Shown: piece after piece, positions 24,006-35,800 of the stretch
Layout: each line of letters begins with the position of its first letter
Numbering within the stretch: position 1 is the first letter of the stretch
Assembly (NCBI GenBank): GCA_028534125.1
Contig: CM052818.1
Coordinates: 45,820,001 to 45,884,000 of the forward strand
Direction: 5' to 3'
Source of the DNA: Lama glama
Taxonomy: Eukaryota
Length of the DNA stretch: 64,000 nt
Made by a program: the position numbers and the translations under genes
Notes under the pieces: model-generated
The model's database searches: none
The model's input: the letters and a program-made list of their open reading frames with translations, nothing else
What the model was told of the DNA's origin: nothing

Positions 24006-24490
24006 TGTGGTGGGCAGACTAACACCCGCCCCCAATGTCCACACCTGATCCCCAGAACCTGTGACTATGTCCGCGTACACAGCAAAGGAGAAGGAGGCTG
24101 CTCCTCAGCTGACTTTAAGACACGGAGAGTACCCTGGGTCATGTGCGTGAGCCCACAGAATCACAACGGTCCATCAGAGCAGAAGACCCAGGGGACGAGG
24201 TGTGGCGATGGAGGCAGGGTAAGTGACGTGCTGTTAGACCCCTGGCTTTGAACACAGAAGGGGCCACGCACCAAGGAATGCGGGTAGCCTTGAGAAGGCA
24301 GAAAGCAAGGAAATGCGCTCTCCCTCAGAGACTCCGGGAAGGAATTAGCCTTCCAACACCGTGATTTCAGCCCAGTAACCCTCGTGCCCTCGTGCCTCGT
24401 AACCTATGGAACCGTCCGGTACAGATGGGTATTGTTTTGAGCCACTAAGCCTGTGGTAATTTATTAACAGCAACAATAGAAAACTATATC
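24006..24490 (+). mobile_element. MaLR solo LTR (MLT1D-like)
   Basis: tgtggtgggcaga.. atccccagaacctgtgactatgt ... gccactaagcctgtggtaatttattaacagcaacaatagaaaacta. Confidence 0.8.
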
Positions 24491-25370
24491 ATCTAGTACA
24501 GTATCAGGCACATGACAGGTACTCAATAAATGTCATGAACCTGGGCGTCCGAGGGAGCCCTGTGCACCTGGAACGTGTCAGGCTCATCAGCTGGGGCCAG
24601 ATGCTGTGCTCTGGGTACCCAGAGCACAAGGTGGACACCGGGCCTTGGATGGCAACTGTCTTCCCAGTGTCCTAGTACCTTCTCAAAATCTTTGTAACAG
24701 AGACGTCTTAACAGGGTGAAAAGAGGAGACTAGCAAAAACATACTGTCCAACATTTCTGAGTGGGAAAAGTCAAAGTCTTCTTCACTCTCAGTTCAACAG
24801 ATGACTCTGACCAGTTCTTGGGACAGCCCTGTCTCCAACCCCCAAGACACAGGGGGCCTACTAGCTTCTCTCTGGAGTTAATGCAGCTGAGCCCCTGGCT
24901 CTGCTCCTGGCAAAACTGACCATCTCTTCTCCAGGAAAAAAGGAGTCGCACCAGAGAGAAGAAATGACACTCAGATCACTTGGGCCCACGGCCTCTTCCT
25001 GCCTGCCTGCTGCCGTCCAAAAGAACCTGAACCACGTCTTCTGCCTCAGTGAGCCGGCGACAACCTGCCAAAGGGCTGGACGGAGGTGGGCTGGTGACAA
25101 TTCGTCCACCGAGAGTCCTCAGAACCAGAGCTCAAGGAGAGCCAGCCACTGCCCGCAGGTCCCCAGGCAGAGGGGCCGCCAAGGACTGGGCACAGCTGGC
25201 ACCTGTCCCAGGGGCCTCCCCATCAGACATGCCACCAACACGTGCTCGTTGCCCTTCTAGTGTTTCTTGACTCCAAAGATGATTTTTCTCCCCTTTACAG
25301 TGTGACTGTGTGTGGCCCACATGAACTGCTGGTCTTTTCTTGTGAGGAAGAGTGCACCCCACGCACTTTA

Positions 25371-25703
<333 letters not shown>

Positions 25704-28521
25704 TTATTTTAAAGCTACTTTTGGTCACAGGAATGGCAGGAAAAACAGACAGCAGCTTTGAGCCCTGTCAGTGCTCCCTCCCAGAAGACTGACTCAGTCC
25801 CACACAGTGGATGAGGCTGGTGGATTTCTCCATGTCATTTTTAAATGTTCCAAGTGGCACGGGTTCTCTCTGCAGCTGTTTTACAGCTTATAAACTCTGG
25901 AACCCCGCCTGCAGTTACCACCTCCCGGGTAACCCGGGGTACCTATGTCTAATATTCTGGACTTTATGAAACCAGGGAGCCCTGTTACTAAAGTGGTATG
26001 AAGGCTGTTACTTAGATCCAGGTGGATCTTGCACAGAAAATGAACATGCCCCACTTCCCTGTTATATCTGTGATTCTGAATTTTAACCTGTCCACCTACA
26101 GTCACAAAGGTTTTGAGCTTCAATGCGTTTAGTCTTAGAATCTATTTCTGATGCATGAGCACCACATAGTGGGTGTTACTGGAATTACAGTCTTTAAAAC
26201 AGAACACATTTCAAAGACCCAAGACCCTTGCTCCAGAACTTGCTCCAAGACTCCTTCCAGTCTGTGAGTGGACAGCCCTGTAGCCCTAACAACCAAGAAC
26301 AGATCTACCACAGTCGTGTGGGGTGCCACTGGCTGAAGCAAGGCCTAGAGAGGGAGCAGACACTGTAAGAAGGTGAGATAAGTGAGAAGGGGGTGGGAAG
26401 AGAGGGGAAGGAGGAAAAACCACAGCCACCAGGACAAAGAAGCTCTGCAGAGTATGCAGAACGCTGAGCCAGGGTTTTTACCCCTGCTCCAGTGTAGGCA
26501 CTGTTTACAAGTAGGAAGAGACCAAAAACATCCTGAAAAGACAAAGAGAACTTGTCCAAATAAACAGATTTACAAGTCGTCTCACCCAGTCCCCTCACTG
26601 GCCCGCTCACTGTCCCTGGGACGCCGTCCCTGCCTCATCACTGTGTCCTCATCCCTCCCCCTCTTCCCTCCTGTTCCCCCTCCTCCCCAGTCCGGTTGCC
26701 TCCCAGCTCCTTTCTGCTCTAAACCTGAAGGTCCAACTCAGGGCGCCGCTCCACTGGGTGCCCCACTCACCCACAATGAGACAGGGAGCCGCTGGCAGTG
26801 AGCCCCTGTGTCTTGGGACCCACACTGCGCTCCTGCCGTATACACACAACCTCATTTCAAAGTCACCACAATGTGGAGTGTTAGCCTTTGTTTACAGGTG
26901 AGGCCTGGAGAGATTTTTTTTTAAACTGTCCACAGGGTAGAAAGCAAAGAGCTGGGACTCTTACCTAGGACCTTCCCCTTTACACCCTGCCACCTCTCTC
27001 CCCCAAATCGCCTTTCTATCCTAGACTACTCGCCTGGCTTTTCTTCCCTGCCAGGAATGGTCTGCCATGTCCACATGAGTGTTTTATGTCTGACTGTAAA
27101 TACTCAGTACGCTGTGTCCATTTTCTCTACTTGGCACCTTTCTTAACACTCAGCACAGTTCCTGGTCTAGGATTGCCTTATCTTGCCTACGATTTTTCTT
27201 TCCATGTAACTCAATTTCAGTAAATAAGCAAATTGCTTTAATTTTTGAAACACCTAAATCTAGATATGTAGTCCAAAATTGACATGTATGAATCTCAAAT
27301 CTATTACAGAAACTCAATGCTTTGACTTTATATCTTTTCCTACATATTTTTAAGAAACATTTCACATACAATCCATAAATCCAAGTTAAAGAGGTAGTCT
27401 ATACAATACATGAAAAAAAGACAAATAAAGGCAGACAGAAAAACAGAGGGAAAGACAGACAGAAAGACCCAAGCAAACACCCAAGCAATAAAGTAATCAC
27501 AGCCGCACATTTTTAATTTTACAACTAAATGGAAAATCTAAACTTTTCTCTATCATCCTAGGCCACATGGCTCAACTCCTGACTCAAAAACAGCCGCCTG
27601 GGAAAGCTACACTTTACCCTCAACAATTCCAGTAAGTCTCTGACCCAAAGTGATATTCCCTTTAAAAGAGGATTTTAAGGTAATCCAACCTAAAACCTAA
27701 CCTCCCCTTGCCTCCCAGTGTCAAGTTTCTATTCAAAGCAGAAAGAAGCAGGAGCCAAATCCCGAGATCAGCGTAAACGCGGAGCTGTCACAGCGACATG
27801 ACCCTCAGTGTGACTCCAGATTACTTGCTATTGCTTTCCTATACACATTCTTCTTCTGTTTTTTATTTCTGCTCTTTCCAAATTTGGGAGTTTTCTAAAT
27901 GAATCAAAGAAAGTTTACAGCATTCCTAACTCAGCATTAAAACAGGCCACCTTGTCTAGATGCACATGCAAATATACCAAGAAACAGTGATCAAGATGTG
28001 CCACATCTAGTCCAGGACGTGAGGCACAAGGACAGGGGCTGAAGACCTGCAAGAGGAAATGGGGGCGGCACAAGAACCAGCAGGACGGTCATGAGGACAA
28101 GCTGGCACTGAGGGGGACACGCACGCCATGTTTAAGCGTCAACCAGAGGCTTGCAAGGAGGTATGATGCCTTACGTACGTTCCAGCAAGAGGTAATGTGG
28201 TCAGCAGGAAAGGCTTTGGTCTGAAAACCAAAACATCTAAGTTTTGGTCCCCGCTCCACCATGAATTAGTGCTGTGATGGTGGGCAAGGGTCCCCATCTG
28301 TCAAATGCAAGGTCTTTTAGGCGACTCCTAACTGCAGGGTCCTATGATTATACTTACACTGAAAGATGATGAATCCTTCATCTCTACTCTGTATTGACTC
28401 GTGACAATAATTCTGGGTAACCAACTTTTCACAAAGCGTATTCTTTTCAGAGTACCACATTAGGCTGCCATGTGAAGTAACCACACCAATTTCATACTTG
28501 TATAAAATCAAGAATCTTATG

Positions 28522-28745
28522 AAGTGGTGGTTCTCAAAGTGTGACCAGAGCATCAGCACTGCCTGGGAACTCGAGTGCTTCACACCCCTGACCCAGCAGG
28601 AACCCCCAGCGACAACGGCACTTCCCAGGGACCACGAGGCCACACCTAGTTTCTGCTCCCATTGGCCTGGGGTGGGTTTCAGACACTAGGGCTGTTTTAG
28701 GTCCTCCCAGGTCATTCTGAGCTCAGTCAGGATAAAAGCCACTGC
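28522..28745. mobile_element. MER5-like hAT relic, with the young L1 inserted at its end
   Basis: gtggttctcaaagtgtg..gcatcagcactgcctgggaact ... cctcccaggtcattctga. Confidence 0.6.
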
Positions 28746-28752
28746 TGTCAAG

Positions 28753-29039
28753 AAATAGACTCATGGACAGAGAATACAGACTTGTGGTTACCAGGGGGGT
28801 AGAGGGTGGGAAGGGATAGACTGGGATTTCAAAACTGTAGAATAGATAAACAAGATTACACTGTATAGCACAGGGAAATATACACAAAATGTTATGATAA
28901 ATCACAGAGAAAAAATGTGACAATGAGTGTGTATATGTCCATGAATGACTGAAAAATTGTGCTGAACACTGGAATTTGACACAACATTGTAAAATGATTA
29001 TAAATCAATAAAAAATGTAAAAAAAGAAAAAAGAAAAAA
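28753..29039 (+). mobile_element. Young 5'-truncated L1 (3' UTR + poly(A)) with perfect TSD
   Basis: L1 3' end motifs (ctgtatagcacagggaa, gacacaacattgtaaa, aataaa + A tail); AAAAGCCACTGCTGTCAAG at 28734-28752 and 29040-29058. Confidence 0.92.
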
Positions 29040-29666
29040 AAAAGCCACTGCTGTCAAGTGGTTACACTTCTATCCTTTTGATCCACAAAAGGTCTCTTTT
29101 GGCTCCAAAACTCTGAGATTATTACAAGTCCCAATATATAGTTTCCTTTCTTTAAAGAGCTCAGATCTGCTCACATGTATTTATGTGTGTCCCATCAGGT
29201 TTTTTTAATTAAAAACATTTTTATAGAGGTACAGCCCTACCAAATAAGGAGAATATTCACTTAATCAATGGAAAGGTAAGGACCGAAGCATCTGCTCAAC
29301 CCTCCTATTCAACAAGGTCGTGTAAATCCTCAAGAACTCCTAGTTCAAAAGACAGTGCCCAGAAAAAACCTTTTTATAAACTTATCAAACTTTACTTCTG
29401 TAAGTTACTCTTCAATGAGATGTTTGATTTTCACGGGGGCTGACTTGTGTTCGGGTGAGGGTGTGAGGCTGACTGGTGGTGTCACCCCACAGAAGACTGA
29501 GACAGCCAGCCCTGCCCTCTCTGTTCCTGGGGCCTGGTACCCAGCACGCGCTCAACATGCAAGCTTTTAACAAAAGAAGGGAAATGCAGAGGGAATAGTG
29601 AATAAATATGACCAAGAGGAAGTACAATGTAGACACATAAAATAGCTTTCATGTACTTCTCTAAAC

Positions 29667-29890
29667 CAGGAGGGGGCTAACTTTTTCTGCAAAAGGGCCT
29701 GAAAGTATTTTAGCCTTTGTGGGCCACATGTGACTAGACTACCCCACTCTGCCGGAACAGTGCAAAAGCAGACACAGGCTATACAGGAATGGATGGGTGG
29801 GGTGGTATCTTGAAAAAACCTTAAAACTTTATTTACATCCGCAGGCACCTGGCTGGCGGGGGCCTGAGAGCTGCAGTTTGCTGACCTGCG
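29667..29890. mobile_element. hAT-Charlie MITE (MER58A-like, opposite orientation)
   Basis: aactttttctgcaaaagggcc..tattttagcctttgtgggccacat ... cagtttgctgacc. Confidence 0.7.
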
Positions 29891-32800
29891 ACCTACACCG
29901 TTTTCTAAGTTGCTGTGCAATGTGGTCAATAGTGAGGAAGCACTGCTGCCCTCTTTGTAATTCACTATTTCCACTTCCCACATACGTGATCTCCTGAGAA
30001 GATGCCCAGCGCAGATGTCTCACTGATGCATCATTCACTAATAGAACCACACTCTTCATTGCTGCATCCCACGCTTACGGAGGAGACTATGCTAAGTGCT
30101 CCGCCTTGGGTCCTGGGGTAGCAACATAATGAGTGTGTTCTGTTACTCCCAGAGTTAACCCTTGGAATGGCTTCTACAGGCCAAGGCACTCATCCACATC
30201 TGGATAAAACAGATGTTCATACCATTCTCACTGTGCATTTAATGGGATTACAGAAAAACTCCAATATCGCCCACAGAGGGCAGGAAAGAGGTAAAAAGAA
30301 AGATGGATTATTACACACCCAACTCCTCCTCTATAAAATACACACACTTAAAAACTGTTCCTTCTGGAGTCAGAGAGAAGGCTGAATGATACACCACCTT
30401 CCTTCTCTACAATGAACTCAAACAATGAGCTTTTCGCTGTTTTCATCCTTCCTTGCCACTGATTTGGAGGAAGAGTCTGATTTTATTCAAATAACTGGAA
30501 CATAAATCTCAAAAGATGAGCAACTAATGCTCCCACCCAAAATCACTAGAGAGGAAAAAACTAAGCACAAGAATAAACTGCTAAGCAGGCGGAAGATGCT
30601 TGGCAGGAGTCCTCTTTAAATGCCCAGCCTGTTTTTCTGAAACAGTTCCTCATTCTTGGCTGAGAATTCAGGCACTCAGAATCTGATTTAATTCTGTTTT
30701 CAAACCTCAGTTTGAAAACGAGAAGAAAACAACAAAATTAAGATTTACATTATCAAAGGATCAACTTGCATAGCTTTTCTTATTCCAAATGCACACAAGC
30801 ACAGAACCAGCAAGAAATCAAATCCTGAACTAATTTATGATGCTTTTCCTAGGAAGCACTGGGGCAGCCGCACAGTACTGTTCACACAGCTGCTGGGTCC
30901 ACTGTTCCTCCTCGAAGGGTAAAAAGGGGGAGAAAGTAAGGAACCAGTAAACCCAAAACACAGGTTGCCGTCAGCAGTTCACTTCCCAGCTGGCAGAGTG
31001 AAAAGCATGAACACCCAACTCACCTCTTCTGGGGCTTCACCATCAATACCACAAACCAAGGCATAGTTCCAGTAACACTCACTGGCTCTAACGTCAGGTA
31101 AGTGAGTTTTAACCAGTGAATTTCACTAACGGGGAGAAATGATAGACATACCGTTCACCCCCCTAGTTCACAGAAAGAGTTAACAAAGCACTTGGAATTC
31201 ATCAGGCAGAAGTTACAAAGATTATAAGCAGTTGAGTCAGAAGCTAAGTGATGAAAATGACTAACTTACGTACACTATTCTAGGATACTTTTCATGAACA
31301 AAACGTCTGTTCCTTTTCAAAATTCTACAATAGTAACACTTATTCTATATTATTACTCATGTACAAGAAAAGAACCTGACATCCAAGTAATGTAATCTTA
31401 ATATTTTCCCCACTGACAGATTTAGGTGGAATTTTACATGTTATAATATTATTATAACATTGCTGCTACAATGGTGAAAATCATTTAGCTTTCATAATAT
31501 GGTTTTCTCAATGAATGGAATAAAAAGTTTCAAAATGTGAAACTTTCGATTCACTAAGAACATGACGAATCAGTCCTGTGACAGTCTGGCCAAAGCCTTC
31601 TTTGTCAGAGCTCTGATTTTTGCACAACAACAGAGTGGCAAAGTGTAGTGCTCGTGAGAGTAAGTGAGAGGTCACAGGAGCCCAGCAGCATGACCTCACC
31701 GCAGTGACAAGGACGAAAGAGGTCAGAAAAATCATGAACAACCAGCAGTGGCTCTCCAGAGTCTGGAGGCCCTCCAGATTCCAGCTCCAAAGCCTCGTTC
31801 CAGACGCGCACCTCCTTTACAGGAACTTTTACAGTGGAGGATATTTATCATTTTAAATTTTAAAACAGCCTTTATTCCGTCCTCTACTGATGTCTCTCTT
31901 ACGGATAAAGACCTAGTAACAACTGATAGAACTTCTCTGAGAAGCGTGCCCTAACCACCCAAGAACAGCTACAGCCCCATTTCTCAAGTTGTGCGAAGCA
32001 GCTCCCCCCAGTCCTGCTTCTCTGTCAAATCAAGAGCCTTGTCTCCAGGGCCCAGTCACCAAGGGCGGGAAAGGAAGAGATGCCACCTCTGCAGGCACTT
32101 TGTCCGCTGTCGCACTGGTACTGTAAGTGCTGATTCCCTCGGTGGCAGGGATTATTATGTGTTATCTATTTTTGAAATTCTTCCAGTGCTCAGTATGTTT
32201 TTTGTATTTCTCTCAATACATGATACTTGAGAGACATGAATTAATGAGAGAGAAAAGCCACAGGGATATAAAGCTATTATCTGCAAATCTTAATTTAACA
32301 AGTTTCAAGTCCTCACAAAAGTTTAAATACACAACGCAGTGCCCCCAACAAATAACACTTGATAAAAAAAAACTAATATAAATATACACAAACTTTCTTT
32401 CTTCCATTCTAGGAGAGGGCCCACTAAACAATAAAATGGCTACAACTCAGGTGACAAAATGAAAAAAGACTGCTTCCCTGACATTAGGCAATCACCAAAC
32501 ACTAGTATCACTGCAGGATCTTAATCATTTATTCTTACTCAATAATTTTCAACTGCTCACCACTGTCTACGCAACAGACCAAATTCCTCAGCATTCAAAT
32601 GCTGGGTGTGATGCAATCCACCTCTCCAGCTGCACCTTCCACCACCCACGGCAGTATCTCTCAAATGTGAATAACACAGGTATCCTTTTTAAAAGAGAGA
32701 AAAAGCCGCTTAACCTCTAAAATCATATCCAGACCCTAGTTTGAGAAATACTGCTCTATTTCTACTCTGTTCTAGTCAATTCATTCATACTATTCTATTC

Positions 32801-35800
32801 AAACAGCTGCGTAACGTCTGATCACACAGCACCCCGAGAACACATCTGGCCTTTATCTGGCTCAAACCTAAACCCTGAGCACAAACACCAGCATGGACAC
32901 CTCCTGGCAGCAACTGGCATCCAAAATATACGGATGGTTTTAAAAAGCCTTCTCACTGAATCAGAAACAATATTAAAAATCTCAAAGAAACTCTAACCCC
33001 AAAACTCTTGGTCCACAGACCCCAAAGGTTGGAGACAAGCTTGTTTCCAGGGTGACTGATGCCCAAGGTCCTCGCCAGGGCATGCCAGGCCCTCAGGATC
33101 CGGCCCCTCCCTCCGGCCTCCCGCCCCCACACCGCTGCTTGCCTCAGAGGTCAAGCTCCAAACTGAGCTCTGCACTCACACGTACCCAGTTTATGGGCTC
33201 ATCCTGGGCTCTGAATGCTTGGCGAGTTCTTACCATGCTGTAGGACTCACTCACGTGTCGCCTCGAGGAATCGTCTCTGGTCTTCTTATTCTAAGGTCGG
33301 TCCTATTCCTTTGTGTTTACTTCTGCCACTGTACATACTAGAGTGGTAACCTCTACCACTAAATCCTGAATTTCCTGAGAACTGGGCCACGGCCTACTTA
33401 CCTTTACACTCCCGGAACATCCCGGAAGTGCCCGGCTAACAAGAAATACACGTTCCCTGAATGAATGACCCCAAATTCCTAAACTGCAACCAAATAACTG
33501 CTGCTGTGATATGTGACTTACTCTGACTCTCTGGCCCTCAAAGTCACCTCGGAAATTGGTTCTGTTCTGACCCCATCTCATGGGTGACGCGTAGAGGTTC
33601 CGTAACTTATTGCCCAAGGTCACAGGTTATAGCAGATCTGAACACCTAGGACATCTTGGCAGAACCCAGAATGCCAGGCAGCTTTCTACATATACCGGAC
33701 ATTGAACCTGTTGAATGAATAATAAAATGGACTATATATACCCCCTTCATTAATTCGGGAAAGATTATGGTATATAAAGGCTCACTGATGTGTGGAGAGG
33801 GAGAGACAGGCTAAGTTCTAGGGCAGAGATGAATCCACTTAGTGAGCCATGATGCACAGAGAGAGTGGAGTCCCTTTTGAGGTCAGGCTTTCAGTCCGAA
33901 TCGCTTTTTACTCCCTTGCGTGCTCGCAGAGAGGAGCATAGTGAACAATTTGCCGAACAGATGCACGTACAGCTGAGCAAGTCAACTCCCTGCAGCGTGA
34001 CTTCAAGCCCCACCTTCCTCACAGCAGCAATAGGTTAACTGCCTGGCACAGAATTCCCTGGAAGGTTTAGAAATGAGTTAAACTGATCAATGAGGACAGA
34101 AAAAAATGCTTCGCAGGAGAGGGATGTCTTACTCTTTTAAGTCAGATTATATACAACAGACTTTTGGAAAAGTATCAGCACACAGAGCTGAGAGCACGCC
34201 TGGCTACCTGTGTTAGCACCACTCACGGCCACGTGTGCATCAGGGAGCACAGCTAGACAGTTCAAGTGAGTTCTAACTGCCCGGCAAATATAAGCAAGAA
34301 AAAAGAGCTAACAGAAGAAAAGGGGTGGGGAGGGATGATTTAACTACAGAAGACGCTTCAGAAAGCTGAACACTGAAAAGCGCTGGATATCCCCAGAATG
34401 CACTAATCCTTGTGCTCCCTTGAAACATTCCCCTTTGACACGAGCATCACATGGTGAGAATCAGGCTACTCAGCACCTCTGACTCAAGAGGGACAGTGTC
34501 CAACTGTGGTTGAGGCTCAGGCTCCGAAGATACAGACAGCAAGAGACACAGTGAACAGATGACAGTGGCAAAGCCAGGGCCCACGCCTCCTGCTCCAGAT
34601 TCAATGCTCTTGAAACCACAGTGACACAAGGAAGCACAGAAGGCTTGAAGTACCTCATGGAAAAACTGGTGAAGTAGGAAAACGGGGAAAAGTGACCCCC
34701 AAGCGGCTGTGAGCAGAAGATTCTTTCGTGATCATGAGGCATGAAATTAAAGGTCCCTATATTCCACATCAGACAGGGTGTCTATGCCACGTTCCTATTT
34801 GATTTCATGTAAGTTGTGAGGTTCAGCCAATGGCCCGGCCCGGCTAGAGACAGCAGCAGCCGTCATGGGGACAGTCCCGGCGGCCTCTGGGAGTCTTTAT
34901 CACATTATATTAAAATTCAACGCAGTCGAATAAAGACACAATATTCATAATCTCATTCCTACAATGTAACTGATCTACTAAATTGCCAGTAGAAACTCTC
35001 GAAGTAATTTTAATTTAACTCTTCCACATCAGTCAGAAAGATCACTCTAAATTATTTCTAAGTAGCTTTTCTTAGAAACCTCCTGACAAATGAAATTACA
35101 GTATGAAGTCAGTAAGAGTTTATTCTCACCCCAAACCCAACAGCACTAATTAAAGAGAATAAAACCACCATTTTCACAGTATGTTTATATGAAGTTATGT
35201 CAGCTGAAACCAACAGGGTGGGAAAGTTTAAAGGAAGAAATCAAAGCCCAATTCTAAAGTCTAATTGGACAGGAACGTTCATTGAGCATTATACAGCAGA
35301 CATTTAATCTTAATCAATATTCCTTCCCCCTCAACCAAAAAAAAAAGGAAGAAAAAACTCCAAAGCAAACAAACCCCGATTATCTTGGTTCTGCACGAGC
35401 TATGTCATTTCCCGACTTACTCCACGCGCGCAGGCCTAGTTAATTATGCCCCGGAAGGTATCAGAGACTGAGTCATAAACTCAGAAGCAGAAGCCAGTTC
35501 CACCACTGATGCGTCGGATAATCCGAGGAAAGTCACACTTCCCAACTCTTCTGACAATGGGAGGTGATTAAAAAAAAAACCCACTACAGAATAACACCGG
35601 CAGGAGCTACCAGCCCTCAGGTGTGCGCCTAGAATGTGTGCGCTTCCTCAGACTACCAAACGACCATCAGCGGGGGAGAAAGAACTGGAAGGCGGGGGCG
35701 GCGAGAAAAGGGGTGTGGGAAGAGCACAGCACTGACTCGAAATCTTCTCACATCTACATGGGGCGTTTCCCTGAAGAAAACACAAGGATCCAGTCATCAG

